Source: a bacterium
GTDB lineage: Bacteria > JAMCPX01 > DATBWZ01
DNA length: 64,000 bases
Reading direction: 5' to 3'
NCBI GenBank assembly: GCA_036514535.1
Contig: DATBWZ010000039.1
Span: 5,919 to 69,918 of the forward strand
The position numbers were made by a program, and so were the translations under genes. The notes under the pieces are model-generated. The model searched no databases, had not been told where the DNA came from, and was given only the letters and a program-made list of their open reading frames with translations. Shown here one piece after another: positions 51,780 to 61,876 of this stretch (the first letter of the stretch is position 1; every line of letters begins with the position of its first letter).

Positions 51780-51851
51780 TAGGCACGGGCGGTCTCGAAC
51801 CGCCGGCCTCTTGCGTGTCGAGCAAGCGCTCCACCCCTGAGCTACGTGCCT
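51780..51851 (-). tRNA. tRNA-Val (anticodon GAC), with C rather than the canonical U at position 33.
   Basis: Hand-folded from the reverse complement. Acceptor AGGCACG/CGTGCCT, T8A9, D-stem GCTC/GAGC, anticodon stem CTTGC/GCAAG with loop TCGACAC, T-arm GGCGG-TTCGAGA-CCGCC. Coordinates ±2. Confidence 0.75.
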
Positions 51852-52007
51852 ATGTTGTTTTTTATAACACTACATTATAAGTTTGTCAAGGGAATGGGGT
51901 GGCCGGCGGCGCAGCGCTGTTATTCAACCCGATGATTTTCCGGCAACGCTTCTGATGCCGTTTTGATTGCATTGCGAACAGAATGCTTCTATGTTATATT
52001 TTAATCA

Positions 52008-53753
52008 ATGCCTTCAAGGATCGTAATATTGCCAGAAGATGTCGCAATTAAGATTGCTGCCGGTGAGGTTGTGGAGAGGCCTGCTTCGGTGATAAAGGAA
52101 TTGGTTGAGAACTCAATAGATGCCGGAGCGGACCGTATTGAGATCTCGGTTGATGGAGGCGGAGTAGAGTCCATTACTGTGAGGGACAACGGCTCAGGTA
52201 TAGATCCGGATGACTTGAAAATTCTTTTTAAAAGGCATGCAACAAGCAAAATCGCCACGGTTGAAGATATAACCAACATTTCCACATTCGGATTCAGGGG
52301 AGAGGCATTGACCAGCATTGCGCAGGTTTCAAGGCTGGAGTTGCTCTCAAAGATTCATGGCAATACATCGGGCATAAGAATATATACAGAGGGGGGGAGC
52401 ATCAAATCCTTTGAGGATGCAGGATGTCCGGAAGGAACCGCTATTATTGTCAGTGACCTGTTTTTCAATGTTCCGGCAAGGAAAAAATTCCTGCGCTCCA
52501 GGTTTACTGAAAATTCTATGATGACCTCTGTTGTAGAAAGATTTGGTTTAGCCCATCCCGAGATCTATTTCAAATTGATGCTTGACTCAAAAACTGTCAT
52601 TGATCTTCAATCTGTAAGGAACCTGAGAGAACGGGTTGCAATGATTTTTGGCGCAGAAATACTGAAAAAACTCGTGGAGCTGTCAGGCAGTTCAGATGAT
52701 ATTAAGGTCGCGGGTTTTGTTTCGCCGCCAGAGATCGCTGACATCCGCGGTTCATACCTCTATGTGAACAAAAGATTTGTGAGGGACAGGCTGCTGCAGC
52801 GAGCAATTATGAAGGCGTATTCCGAGACAGGCGGACGAAAGGAACCGTATTTTGCTATAATCTCCATTACGCTTCCTCCTGAAGATGTGGATGTCAATGT
52901 CCATCCCCAAAAATATGAAGTCCGGTTCAAAAAAACAGACAAAATCTTCAATGCTGTCCTCAAGGCAGTAATCTCAAGTTTCAGAAAGGTCATTCCGGAA
53001 ACTGTTCTGTCCGATGAGGCTCCAGCCCATACAGCATACAATAGAATTCAGGAATCCCTGGAATCCTATCTTTTGAAAGAGGGGTTTTTAAAATATAACG
53101 AGTTAAAAGAGACGGCAGTCAAGCGTCAGGTGACAGAACCCGGGAGCATATTTTATTCGCCCGATCTTGAAGTTTTGCTTGGGGAACTGGTTCCCAAATG
53201 CCAGATTATGAATAAATATCTGCTCTGCGAATCAGACAGTGGTTTGGTGATTATTGATCAGCACGCTGCCCACGAGATGCTTACATTTTATAAGTTAAAA
53301 GCATCCTATAGGGAAGGAACTGCCCAAGCGCAGTATCTTCTTGAATCAGCGGTGGTTGAACTCTCCTCATCTTCTCAACAGGTTCTTTTGAACCATAAAG
53401 AGTTTCTTTTAAAATTAGGCATTGATATTGAGGAATTTGGCAATAACGCTGTGATTCTAAGATCGCTGCCGGTTATGTTTAACGAGACAATGCCTTCGGA
53501 GGTTCTCTCAAGACTTGCCAGCGACCTTCAGGAGATTGAAACGATAGATGATGATCGCCAATTGAATAAAATGCTTTCCAGCATGGCTTGCTACTCTTCT
53601 ATTCGTGCTGGCAAGTCGTTGACACCGGAAGAGATGCAGTATCTTATAAATGACTTAAGGTGCACTGTTGCTTCTCCTTATTGTCCTCACGGGAGACCGG
53701 TGTTGAGACTTATAACATACAACGATCTTAATGAGTGGTTCAGGAGAAAATGA
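52008..53753 (+). CDS. mutL: DNA mismatch repair protein MutL.
   Basis: GHKL ATPase motifs (ELVENSIDAGA, RDNGSGI) and C-terminal dimerisation region. 581 aa. Confidence 0.93.
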   Translation: MPSRIVILPEDVAIKIAAGEVVERPASVIKELVENSIDAGADRIEISVDGGGVESITVRDNGSGIDPDDLKILFKRHATSKIATVEDITNISTFGFRGEALTSIAQVSRLELLSKIHGNTSGIRIYTEGGSIKSFEDAGCPEGTAIIVSDLFFNVPARKKFLRSRFTENSMMTSVVERFGLAHPEIYFKLMLDSKTVIDLQSVRNLRERVAMIFGAEILKKLVELSGSSDDIKVAGFVSPPEIADIRGSYLYVNKRFVRDRLLQRAIMKAYSETGGRKEPYFAIISITLPPEDVDVNVHPQKYEVRFKKTDKIFNAVLKAVISSFRKVIPETVLSDEAPAHTAYNRIQESLESYLLKEGFLKYNELKETAVKRQVTEPGSIFYSPDLEVLLGELVPKCQIMNKYLLCESDSGLVIIDQHAAHEMLTFYKLKASYREGTAQAQYLLESAVVELSSSSQQVLLNHKEFLLKLGIDIEEFGNNAVILRSLPVMFNETMPSEVLSRLASDLQEIETIDDDRQLNKMLSSMACYSSIRAGKSLTPEEMQYLINDLRCTVASPYCPHGRPVLRLITYNDLNEWFRRK

Positions 53754-54709
53754 AAAAAGGAATCAAAAATCATCCTGTCATAATAATTGGCGGTCCCACC
53801 GGGAGCGGGAAAACAGGTCTTGCGCTGTTTTTAGCAACAAATTTAAATGGGGAAATTATCAATGCCGATTCGCGGCAGATCTACAGATTTATGGATATAG
53901 GGACCGCAAAGCCAACCCCGGAACAGCTTAGTACTGTAAAACACCATCTAATAGACATGGTGGATCCTGATCAGGATTTTAATGCACAACTATTCATAAA
54001 GTTTGCAGAAAAAGCATTTAGAGATATAATAAACAAAGGGATGCGTGTATTTGTCGCTGGTGGGACGGGGCTCTATATATCTGCTTTTCTCAATGGCATG
54101 GTTGAAGGCGCTCCTCCTAACAATCGGGTGAGGTCGAGGTTGAGGACAGCTCTCAAAAAGTCCGGAGAGAAGCATATGTACGATCTTTTGAAGAAAATTG
54201 ATCCTGAATCCGCAAGATTGATTCATCCAAACGATTCTTACAGGGTGCTGAGAGCCCTGGAGATTTACGAAACAACAGGAGTTTCTCCATCAAAGTTGAG
54301 AAAGGAGAAATGGAAAAGCCAGAGTGTCAAAAATAATGTTCTTTATCTCTGTATTGATATGCCAAGAAAAAAGTTATATGATAATATAAACAAAAGAGCC
54401 GATATGTTGATAAAAAAAGGGTTAGTAGACGAGGTAAAATACCTGCTTTCAAACGGGTATGGTGAGGAATTAAAATCCATGCAGAGCTTTGGTTACAGGG
54501 AGATTGTTCGTTATGTGAAGGGAGAGTCTTCTCTGGCAGATGCTATTGAGGAGTTAAAGAAAAATACAAGACATTACGCTAAACGCCAGGTTACATGGTT
54601 CCGCGGAGTAAAGGGCGTAAGGTGGGTTAATCCTGATTCGGAGCAAGGGATTTTACAAACATGCAGGGATTTTTTGGAGGAAGTTGACTGTGATAAATCA
54701 GCCGCTTGA
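53750..54709 (+). CDS. miaA: tRNA dimethylallyltransferase.
   Basis: P-loop [15 protein letters not shown] overlap with the mutL stop at 53750-53753. The ORF-track start at 53735 lies inside mutL. Confidence 0.9.
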   Translation: MKKGIKNHPVIIIGGPTGSGKTGLALFLATNLNGEIINADSRQIYRFMDIGTAKPTPEQLSTVKHHLIDMVDPDQDFNAQLFIKFAEKAFRDIINKGMRVFVAGGTGLYISAFLNGMVEGAPPNNRVRSRLRTALKKSGEKHMYDLLKKIDPESARLIHPNDSYRVLRALEIYETTGVSPSKLRKEKWKSQSVKNNVLYLCIDMPRKKLYDNINKRADMLIKKGLVDEVKYLLSNGYGEELKSMQSFGYREIVRYVKGESSLADAIEELKKNTRHYAKRQVTWFRGVKGVRWVNPDSEQGILQTCRDFLEEVDCDKSAA

Positions 54710-55667
54710 CTTTGAGAAGCATATTGTTGAACTTGAAAAGAAGGTTGAGGAGTTAAAACATATCCAGGGCAATGATGTTGATATCTCCGAAGAGATTTCA
54801 AAGATTGAAATAAAGGTTCAAAAATTGCTCATAGAAACGTTTTCTAAATTAACCCCCTGGCAAAAAACTCAGCTTGCCCGGCATCCACAACGCCCGCATT
54901 TTCTTGATTATGTTCCTGAGATCTTTCAGAACTTTCTTGAGTTTCATGGAGACAGGGTATTCGGTGACGACCCTTCGTTATGCGGAGGATTTGCAACTTT
55001 TGATGGTAGAACTGTAATGATTATCGGGCATCAAAAGGGCAGGACCGCCAAGGAAAAATCATACCGTAATTTCGGGATGTCTCATCCGGAGGGATACAGA
55101 AAAGCGATAAGGCTTGTGAAACTTGCAGAACATTTTGGAAAGCCAGTGATAACATTTATTGATACACCTGGCGCCTTTCCTGGTATCGGTGCAGAGGAAA
55201 GGGGACAGGCGCCAGCAATTGCCGAATCTATTTATACAATGTGCGGACTGAATATGCCGATTATCTCTGTCGTTATTGGAGAAGGTGGAAGCGGAGGGGC
55301 ACTTGGGATAGGAGTATGCGATAGATTGCTGATGCTTGAATATGCAGTGTATTCCGTTATATCTCCGGAGGGATGCGCCTCAATACTCTGGAAAGACCCA
55401 AGCAGAGCAGAGGAAGCGGCTGAATGTCTGCGACTTACTGCGCAGGATATTCTTGAGTTTGGTATTGTAGATGAAATAATCAGAGAGCCGCTCGGCGGCA
55501 GCCACAGAAATCTCAGAAAAACTGCACTTAGTATTAAGGAGCATATACAAAAACATATTAATGAATTAGATGGTATCCCTACAGATGAACTGCAGAAAAA
55601 ACGGTATGAAAAGCTAAGAAAGGTCGGTACTTACAGGGATCAAGACAGGATTTATAGGACTTTCTGA
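54684..55667 (+). CDS. accA: Acetyl-CoA carboxylase carboxyltransferase alpha subunit.
   Basis: Conserved ...[10 protein letters not shown]...GEGGSGGAL... carboxyltransferase core. 327 aa. Confidence 0.92.
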   Translation: MTVINQPLDFEKHIVELEKKVEELKHIQGNDVDISEEISKIEIKVQKLLIETFSKLTPWQKTQLARHPQRPHFLDYVPEIFQNFLEFHGDRVFGDDPSLCGGFATFDGRTVMIIGHQKGRTAKEKSYRNFGMSHPEGYRKAIRLVKLAEHFGKPVITFIDTPGAFPGIGAEERGQAPAIAESIYTMCGLNMPIISVVIGEGGSGGALGIGVCDRLLMLEYAVYSVISPEGCASILWKDPSRAEEAAECLRLTAQDILEFGIVDEIIREPLGGSHRNLRKTALSIKEHIQKHINELDGIPTDELQKKRYEKLRKVGTYRDQDRIYRTF

Positions 55668-55668
55668 A

Positions 55669-57078
55669 ATGTCATTGGTAATAGGTATAAGTTTTGGAGA
55701 TAAAAAAATCGGCGCATGCCTTTTGGAAACATTCTTCAGAGGGTGGAAATTTTTGGATTTTCGCGAAAGCGAGATTAAAAATGCGGGATCCGCCGCAGAA
55801 ATTACTCAGATACTAAAAAAGATGTTTACTCCGGAGGAGGTCTCTGCCGGCAATTTTCTATGTTCTCTTCCAGGCATGGATGTGTTCTACCGGGCAATGA
55901 ATATTCAGTTCAGCGATCCGGTAAAGATTCAACAGGCTGTTGAGGTAGAGATGGATACTCTCCTGCCTGTCCCGCTTGAAGATATTGTTGTTACCTGGAC
56001 TAATATTGCAAAGAGAACGGTACAGGATAATGTATTAGCGTATGGAATAAAAAAAGAGAAGATTTTATATTTTCTTGATATTCTTCGTGCCGCAGGAATT
56101 GAACCAATAATTTTAGACTGGGATGCAGTTTCGCTTTTGAATTTACTTTCCAGGCTCCCTGATTCACCAGACGGAGGATTAACAGGCATCATTCATCTGG
56201 AAGATGACAGAACCATTCTGTGTTTTAAATCAGCGTCAGGTCCGGCGTTTGCGAGAACGCTCAGGCAGGGCGCTGATTTGCCTACGGAATTAAACAGAAC
56301 ATTGAGATCCAAAATAGACTCTGAAAAAAGAGAGATTCGCAAAATTTTTCTTTCAGGGCATGCAGAACGATTAAAGGTTGTATCCCGGCAATTAGAGCAG
56401 TTTTTTGAGACGACGATAATTGAGCTTATGAATTTTTCCGATTATATCCCCGAGTGTTCAGTATTGCGGCCGGACATTCAAAGCAAAGCCCTGCTCCCCC
56501 TTTCAATAGCCCTACGGCGCATCTTGAAGAAGGCGGTTGGCGGGAATTTCAGAAGGGGAGAGTTTGCTTATACTGCCTCACTTGAAGAAGTCAAGACCAG
56601 TCTTGCAGCTACAGGAATTATAGGATGCATTATACTTGCGCTTGGGATTGGAAACATTATATATAAATATGTTGACAGGAAAACCGTATATAAAAAAATA
56701 CAGTCGCAGCTTTCTGAAGTTTGTTCCGTATCTGTCAGCGGGTATGACCCCTATATGGACTGTGCAAAGGAATTGAAAAAGGCGTATATGGAAAAACTCC
56801 AGCGAAGATTCTCAAGGGTAAAGGCGGTGGATATTTTAAGAGAATTCAGTGTGCGCGTTTCCAATGCTCAGATAATTGATATATCAGAAGTATCAATGGA
56901 TGGAGAAAAGATCAAAATAAAGGGGACTGCGCCAGCTCTTGAGATAGTAGAAAAGATAAAAAACGATCTCTCAAAATCTGAACTATTTGGCTTGGTTGAG
57001 ATTATTGATTCAAAAAAGAGTATTGATGGGGCATCGTTTGGCTTCAGCCTTACAGTAACTCTGAAGCCAGCAGGATAA
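55669..57078 (+). CDS. GspL-like protein: PilM-type actin-like cytoplasmic domain, single TM, periplasmic PilN-like domain.
   Basis: PilM-like region QQAVEVEMDTLLPVPLEDIVVTW. TM helix TGIIGCIILALGIGNIIY near residue 330. 469 aa. Confidence 0.55.
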   Translation: MSLVIGISFGDKKIGACLLETFFRGWKFLDFRESEIKNAGSAAEITQILKKMFTPEEVSAGNFLCSLPGMDVFYRAMNIQFSDPVKIQQAVEVEMDTLLPVPLEDIVVTWTNIAKRTVQDNVLAYGIKKEKILYFLDILRAAGIEPIILDWDAVSLLNLLSRLPDSPDGGLTGIIHLEDDRTILCFKSASGPAFARTLRQGADLPTELNRTLRSKIDSEKREIRKIFLSGHAERLKVVSRQLEQFFETTIIELMNFSDYIPECSVLRPDIQSKALLPLSIALRRILKKAVGGNFRRGEFAYTASLEEVKTSLAATGIIGCIILALGIGNIIYKYVDRKTVYKKIQSQLSEVCSVSVSGYDPYMDCAKELKKAYMEKLQRRFSRVKAVDILREFSVRVSNAQIIDISEVSMDGEKIKIKGTAPALEIVEKIKNDLSKSELFGLVEIIDSKKSIDGASFGFSLTVTLKPAG

Positions 57079-57611
57079 TGAAGGAAAAGATCAGGCAATT
57101 CTACTTGTCGCGCACAAACCGGGAGAAAATGATTCTCCTTGCAGGAACTGCGTGCGTTTCATTGATAATCCTTTTCATGGTTGCTTCCCCGCTGATAAAC
57201 AGTTACAGAAAGATTGACAGGATGGTTTCCGACAAAAAAGAAGAACTCCTTCGCGTCCTGGAATTGAAAAAGGAGTATGGTGGAATTGATAGTATATCTG
57301 CAGGTACAAAATTTTTTGAAAAGGGTACCTCTCTGCTTGGTTTTCTGGAGGGGATCACATCAAAAATAGGGATGAGCGTCCAGTCTTTCAGACCAGGAGA
57401 GGGTGAAACTTACGGAAAATATAAAGAGATCAACGCAGAGATAAAGTTTGCCGGAATATCCCTTCAGGAAGTAACAGAATTACTGTATTTTCTTGAGTAC
57501 AACAATAATCATTACACTGTCTGGGTTAAAAAATTATATTTAAAAACAACTTTTAAGGATCCCAATAAACTTGATGTTACAATTAATCTTGGAGCATACC
57601 AATATTTATGA
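57078..57611 (+). CDS. GspM/PilO-like bitopic inner-membrane protein.
   Basis: Single N-terminal TM (MILLAGTACVSLIILFMVASPLI), then a ~140-aa periplasmic domain. Start abuts the previous gene. Confidence 0.5.
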   Translation: MKEKIRQFYLSRTNREKMILLAGTACVSLIILFMVASPLINSYRKIDRMVSDKKEELLRVLELKKEYGGIDSISAGTKFFEKGTSLLGFLEGITSKIGMSVQSFRPGEGETYGKYKEINAEIKFAGISLQEVTELLYFLEYNNNHYTVWVKKLYLKTTFKDPNKLDVTINLGAYQYL

Positions 57612-58567
57612 ATATTAAAAAGGTTATAAAAATAAATAAAGTAATAAATATATTTAAAGTCGCTTATAGTTTTTTTAAAGATAAATTTACCGGGGAAAAT
57701 AGCAAAAAAGTTTTGCCCAAAATTGCGTATGCCGGATGTTTTTTAATCAGTTTTGTTTTTTTTGTTATACTCACTTTTCCCTATGATTCCCTGAAGACTC
57801 GTATAATGTACGAATTCTCGGCACGGCAAATGGGAATTCTTTCTATATCCGGTCTTTCCTATGCATTCCCCTTTGGGTTAAAGTTCCTCGGAATGGAGTA
57901 CTATGGCACTGATAGCATGAAGGATGTTGAATTTCTTAAAGCCAATTATATAAAAGTAAGACAGTCTTTGTTCTCACTCTTTACAGGAAAAATTGATCTG
58001 TCATTTTCTTCCGCTCTTTATAGTGGAAAGAGCAATGGCAGAATACAGTTGAAAAAGGACGGAGGCCGGCTTTATATCAACACCAAAAATATTGAATTCG
58101 GGGAATATTCGCCATTGTCCCAGCTTTTCGGGCTAAAAGTAACCGGCAGATTAAATGCAATGTGTGATATTGAGGATCAGGGGTTTAATATATCAAAGAG
58201 CAACGGTGAAATAGATATAAATATTGAAAATTTTATTATGGAGGAATCTTCTTTTTTGAGTCTTTTCAGACTTCCGAAACTGACAATTCAGAGTATCTCA
58301 GGAAAAGCAAAGATTACCAATGGGCTGTTGAAGGTTGATACCATTACGCTTACCGGTGGTGACATAAACGGCACGGCAAATGGGGAGATTAATCTCAGAC
58401 ATCCGTTTAACAACAGTATCCTTGACCTTCAGGTGAGGTTTATGTTCAGCAGTGTTTATCAGGAAAAATTAAAAAGTATTCTGGACCCTTTAAACATAAA
58501 GCAGGACCCCGGCGGATTTTATGTAATGAACATAGGGGGAACCGCAGGACTGCCAAGGCTTAAGTAA
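57608..58567 (+). CDS. GspN-like membrane-anchored periplasmic protein.
   Basis: N-terminal TM (AGCFLISFVFFVILTF), beta-rich body. Size and operon position after L/M homologues. Confidence 0.4.
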   Translation: MNIKKVIKINKVINIFKVAYSFFKDKFTGENSKKVLPKIAYAGCFLISFVFFVILTFPYDSLKTRIMYEFSARQMGILSISGLSYAFPFGLKFLGMEYYGTDSMKDVEFLKANYIKVRQSLFSLFTGKIDLSFSSALYSGKSNGRIQLKKDGGRLYINTKNIEFGEYSPLSQLFGLKVTGRLNAMCDIEDQGFNISKSNGEIDINIENFIMEESSFLSLFRLPKLTIQSISGKAKITNGLLKVDTITLTGGDINGTANGEINLRHPFNNSILDLQVRFMFSSVYQEKLKSILDPLNIKQDPGGFYVMNIGGTAGLPRLK

Positions 58568-58573
58568 TCCGTA

Positions 58574-60868
58574 ATGAAAAGAATATTTTTTTTTGTGGGC
58601 ATGGGGATTTTTTTTGTTGTCTTCCGCACAACAGCAGAGGTCAGCGCAAGTAAATTGGACCGTGTTCTTAGATTGGGTCTTGAGAGGGAGCAACTGCATC
58701 GCCCGTCACCACTTATTAATTATGACAATGAGGGCAGGGTGAAGGTATTGATCCGGACAGACAGTCCTTTCGGGGTTAGGAAAATGGTTGAAGGGCTTGG
58801 CGGCAAAACAGGGGCTTTTTCAGGCGGTATTCTTACTGGCAGTGTGCCGGTTGACGCTCTCACAGAATTAGCCGGTTTTCCGGATGTTTTTAGCATATCC
58901 GCTTCAAGAAGGCTCAAACCGCTTCTTGACAAAAGCGTATCTGCCATCTCTGCCGATAGCGCACATTCGGGTTCTGGTATTGCCAGGGGGGTAACAGGAC
59001 GGGATGTAATAGTCGGCATAGTGGATACGGGGGTTGATTTTAAACACCGTGTTTTTAAAAATTCTGACGAAAGCACAAGATTTCTCTCTATATGGGATCA
59101 GAATATTTCTGGAACTGGACCATCTGATTTCGGGTACGGGACCGAATGCGATGTTAATTCTATAAACAAAGGATTATGCAACGAAAAGGATATGGATCCC
59201 GATTACAGCCACGGCACGCATGTTACGGGAATTGCGGCTGGTTCTGACGCAAAATACAACGGCGTTGCGCCCGGGGCAATGATTGTCGGAGTTAAGACTA
59301 TTTACGATGAGGCATCGGTAATTGACGGAGTTGACTATATATTTAATCTTGCCGGAAAATACAATAAACCCGCGGTTGTCAATCTGAGCCTCGGAGGGCA
59401 GTATGGTCCGCACGACGGGACAAGTCAGTTTGATACTGCACTGGAGGCTTTGCAGGGCAACGGGAAGATAATTGTTGCTGCTGCAGGGAACGATGGGTCC
59501 TATAAGGTGCACGTTGAGAGCAATGTAATCCCTTCAGCAGAATCCTGGGCTGTTTTTGATGTTTATCCGAATGAGACCGATGTATTGCTGGAGGTATGGT
59601 ATAATGCCCTGGACCTTATTAATTTTGCTGTTGCAGGATTAAAGGACAATCAGGTCTGCAAGACAGATTTTATTGCTCCTGGACAGAGCAATCAGTTCAC
59701 TATATCCTCCTGTTCCTCCACTAATTGCGGCAACGCAATAATAGATGCATCCGCAACCGTCAATCCCAATAACTCCAGGCAAGTGTATGTTCTTATATCC
59801 GCCCCATCAGCAACGCAGCCTCTTTCCAGGTGCAGGTGGGCTATTGGCGCACAGAGCAATTCTGCTGATGCAGATGGCGGAAGTTTTGATGGATGGATAA
59901 CCACAGCGAATGCGGAATTCGGTGCATCGGAGTTAATACCCGGATTGGGAACAACCGTCCCTGGTGATAGCAATAAAACCATATCCACTCCTGCTGACGC
60001 AAAGAATATTATTGCAATAGGGTCATTTGTAACGAAAAACGAGTGGACTGCTCAGGATGGCAATAAATATACTTGTAATGGATGTACACCCGGAGACATC
60101 TCGGCTTTCTCCTCAAGGGGACCTACAAGGGATGGAAGGCTAAATCCGGCTATTGCCGCGCCCGGAGAATGGGTTGCATCTTCAAAATCCTCAAATGTCT
60201 CGCTAATAGATTCAAAACTCCTGCTGCCGGATCAAGGGTTCTTTATGCTGGCAGGGACAAGTATGGCATCTCCGCATGCGGCGGGGGCTATAGCGCTGAT
60301 GCTTGATTGGAATCCTAATCTTGGACCGGCGGCGGTCAAAAATTATATAACAGCAAATGCAAAAAACGATTCCTTTACGGGATTAAATAGGGCAAGCAAT
60401 CCGGATAATAGATGGGGACACGGCAAACTGGATATCCTGAAGGCACTGCAATCAATAGCCCCGGCTGCGATAGATGCAACACCGCCGCAGATTTCTGATG
60501 TGGTGGTTAATGTATCATCGGATTCAACCGTTTCAGTGTCCTGGAAGACAGACGAATTGAGTGATAGTTCAATAAAGGCTTCTTTTGGAAACGGGGAAGA
60601 GATAGCCGCAGTAGAAATGAGTTTTGTTACAGACCATACTCTAATCTTCTCTGGTCTGGAGACAAGAAATCTCTTCAGATTGGATATTTCATCCAGGGAT
60701 CCGAGGGGAAATGCTGGTTCGGTAACAAACCTGCCTGTGTTTGTACCGGGAAAAGGATGCGGTTGCACTGCCTCCGGAGGATCCAATGACTCTTTTGCAC
60801 CCGTATTTTTATTGGGTCTTTTTTGGCTCATCTTCAGATTAAAATCAAGAAGAAGCATCAAGTTATAA
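58574..60868 (+). CDS. Secreted subtilisin-like serine peptidase (S8), with Fn3-like domain and a C-terminal Cys-containing motif + TM + basic tail (sorting-signal-like).
   Basis: Signal peptide. Catalytic triad contexts VGIVDTGVD (Asp), HGTHVTG (His), GTSMASPHAAG (Ser). C-terminus GKGCGCTASGGSNDSFAPVFLLGLFWLIFRLKSRRSIKL. Confidence 0.85.
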   Translation: MKRIFFFVGMGIFFVVFRTTAEVSASKLDRVLRLGLEREQLHRPSPLINYDNEGRVKVLIRTDSPFGVRKMVEGLGGKTGAFSGGILTGSVPVDALTELAGFPDVFSISASRRLKPLLDKSVSAISADSAHSGSGIARGVTGRDVIVGIVDTGVDFKHRVFKNSDESTRFLSIWDQNISGTGPSDFGYGTECDVNSINKGLCNEKDMDPDYSHGTHVTGIAAGSDAKYNGVAPGAMIVGVKTIYDEASVIDGVDYIFNLAGKYNKPAVVNLSLGGQYGPHDGTSQFDTALEALQGNGKIIVAAAGNDGSYKVHVESNVIPSAESWAVFDVYPNETDVLLEVWYNALDLINFAVAGLKDNQVCKTDFIAPGQSNQFTISSCSSTNCGNAIIDASATVNPNNSRQVYVLISAPSATQPLSRCRWAIGAQSNSADADGGSFDGWITTANAEFGASELIPGLGTTVPGDSNKTISTPADAKNIIAIGSFVTKNEWTAQDGNKYTCNGCTPGDISAFSSRGPTRDGRLNPAIAAPGEWVASSKSSNVSLIDSKLLLPDQGFFMLAGTSMASPHAAGAIALMLDWNPNLGPAAVKNYITANAKNDSFTGLNRASNPDNRWGHGKLDILKALQSIAPAAIDATPPQISDVVVNVSSDSTVSVSWKTDELSDSSIKASFGNGEEIAAVEMSFVTDHTLIFSGLETRNLFRLDISSRDPRGNAGSVTNLPVFVPGKGCGCTASGGSNDSFAPVFLLGLFWLIFRLKSRRSIKL

Positions 60869-61022
60869 AATTTTTAAATATAATACAGATGGATATATCT
60901 GTTCCCTTGTCAAACCCCGGATGACTCATTTAAAAAGGGCACTCTAAAGGGGTTGAACCATAATTAACCTCCTCCTTCCGGGTTACATTTAATTCTGAGT
61001 AAATTCGCTGGTGTCTGAATAC

Positions 61023-61051
61023 TTGACATAGTTCTCAATATTCTGCATAAT
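61023..61051 (+). promoter_or_regulatory. Candidate sigma70 promoter for ttcA (TTGACA-17 nt-CATAAT), with RBS AGGTGGAGG at ~61064.
   Basis: Canonical spacing, read directly. A Shine-Dalgarno sits 5-7 nt before the ATG at 61076. Confidence 0.5.
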
Positions 61052-61075
61052 CAAAATCTGCAAAGGTGGAGGTAA

Positions 61076-61876
61076 ATGGCGCGGACTACAGGACTTGAGA
61101 GGCTTATTCTGCACAGGGTTGGAGTTGCTATTGACAAATACAGCCTTATCTCAAATGGAGACCGTATTCTTGTTGCTCTTTCTGGCGGCAAAGACAGCTG
61201 GACAATGTTCAGCATACTGGAAAATCTAAGGCGCAAGGCGCCTGTGAGGTTTGAACTGCTTCCGGTTGTTGTCCATCCGGGGTTTAAGGGATTCAGGACA
61301 GATATACTTGAAAAATACCTGCAGGGGCATGATTTTAAATATCATATTGAATTATCTGACATTTACGGCTGTATTCAGGATATTAAATGGAAAAAAAACA
61401 AGGAGACAACAATATGCGCTGTTTGTTCCAGATTCCGGCGGGGCATTCTCTACAGGCTTGCGCCTGCTCTCGGCTGCTCAAAGATTGCTCTTGGACACCA
61501 TGCGGATGATCTTATTGAAACCCTGCTGCTCAATGCTTTTTACGAGGGAAGGCTGGAAAGCATGCCGGCAAGGTTTAATGCTGAAGACGGAATAAATACA
61601 GTGATAAGACCTCTTGTGTTTGTCTGGGAAAGGGAGACAAGGGAATATGCAAGGATTAAAAAGTTGCCGGTTATATGCTGTATGTGCCCCGCCTGCGGCG
61701 ATACCAGTATAAAAAGGCCACAGGTTAAAAGGCTTCTCAATGAGCTTGAAACTGGGCATCCTGGAATCAAAAAAAGTTTTTTAAAAGCGCTCCGGAATTT
61801 TAATCCAGAGAGGTTGCTTGATGCGAAATATTATAAGGAATTGAAAAATGGAAAAAAGATCAGGGAAAGTGCTTGA
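61076..61876 (+). CDS. ttcA: tRNA 2-thiocytidine biosynthesis protein TtcA-family PP-loop ATPase.
   Basis: PP-loop ALSGGKDS. CxxC pairs (CAVCSRF, CPACG). 266 aa. Confidence 0.85.
   Translation: MARTTGLERLILHRVGVAIDKYSLISNGDRILVALSGGKDSWTMFSILENLRRKAPVRFELLPVVVHPGFKGFRTDILEKYLQGHDFKYHIELSDIYGCIQDIKWKKNKETTICAVCSRFRRGILYRLAPALGCSKIALGHHADDLIETLLLNAFYEGRLESMPARFNAEDGINTVIRPLVFVWERETREYARIKKLPVICCMCPACGDTSIKRPQVKRLLNELETGHPGIKKSFLKALRNFNPERLLDAKYYKELKNGKKIRESA

Noticed and set aside
60343-60861. 172-aa minus-strand ORF inside the S8 protease gene.
   Set aside because: Antisense to a gene with an intact catalytic triad and signal peptide.
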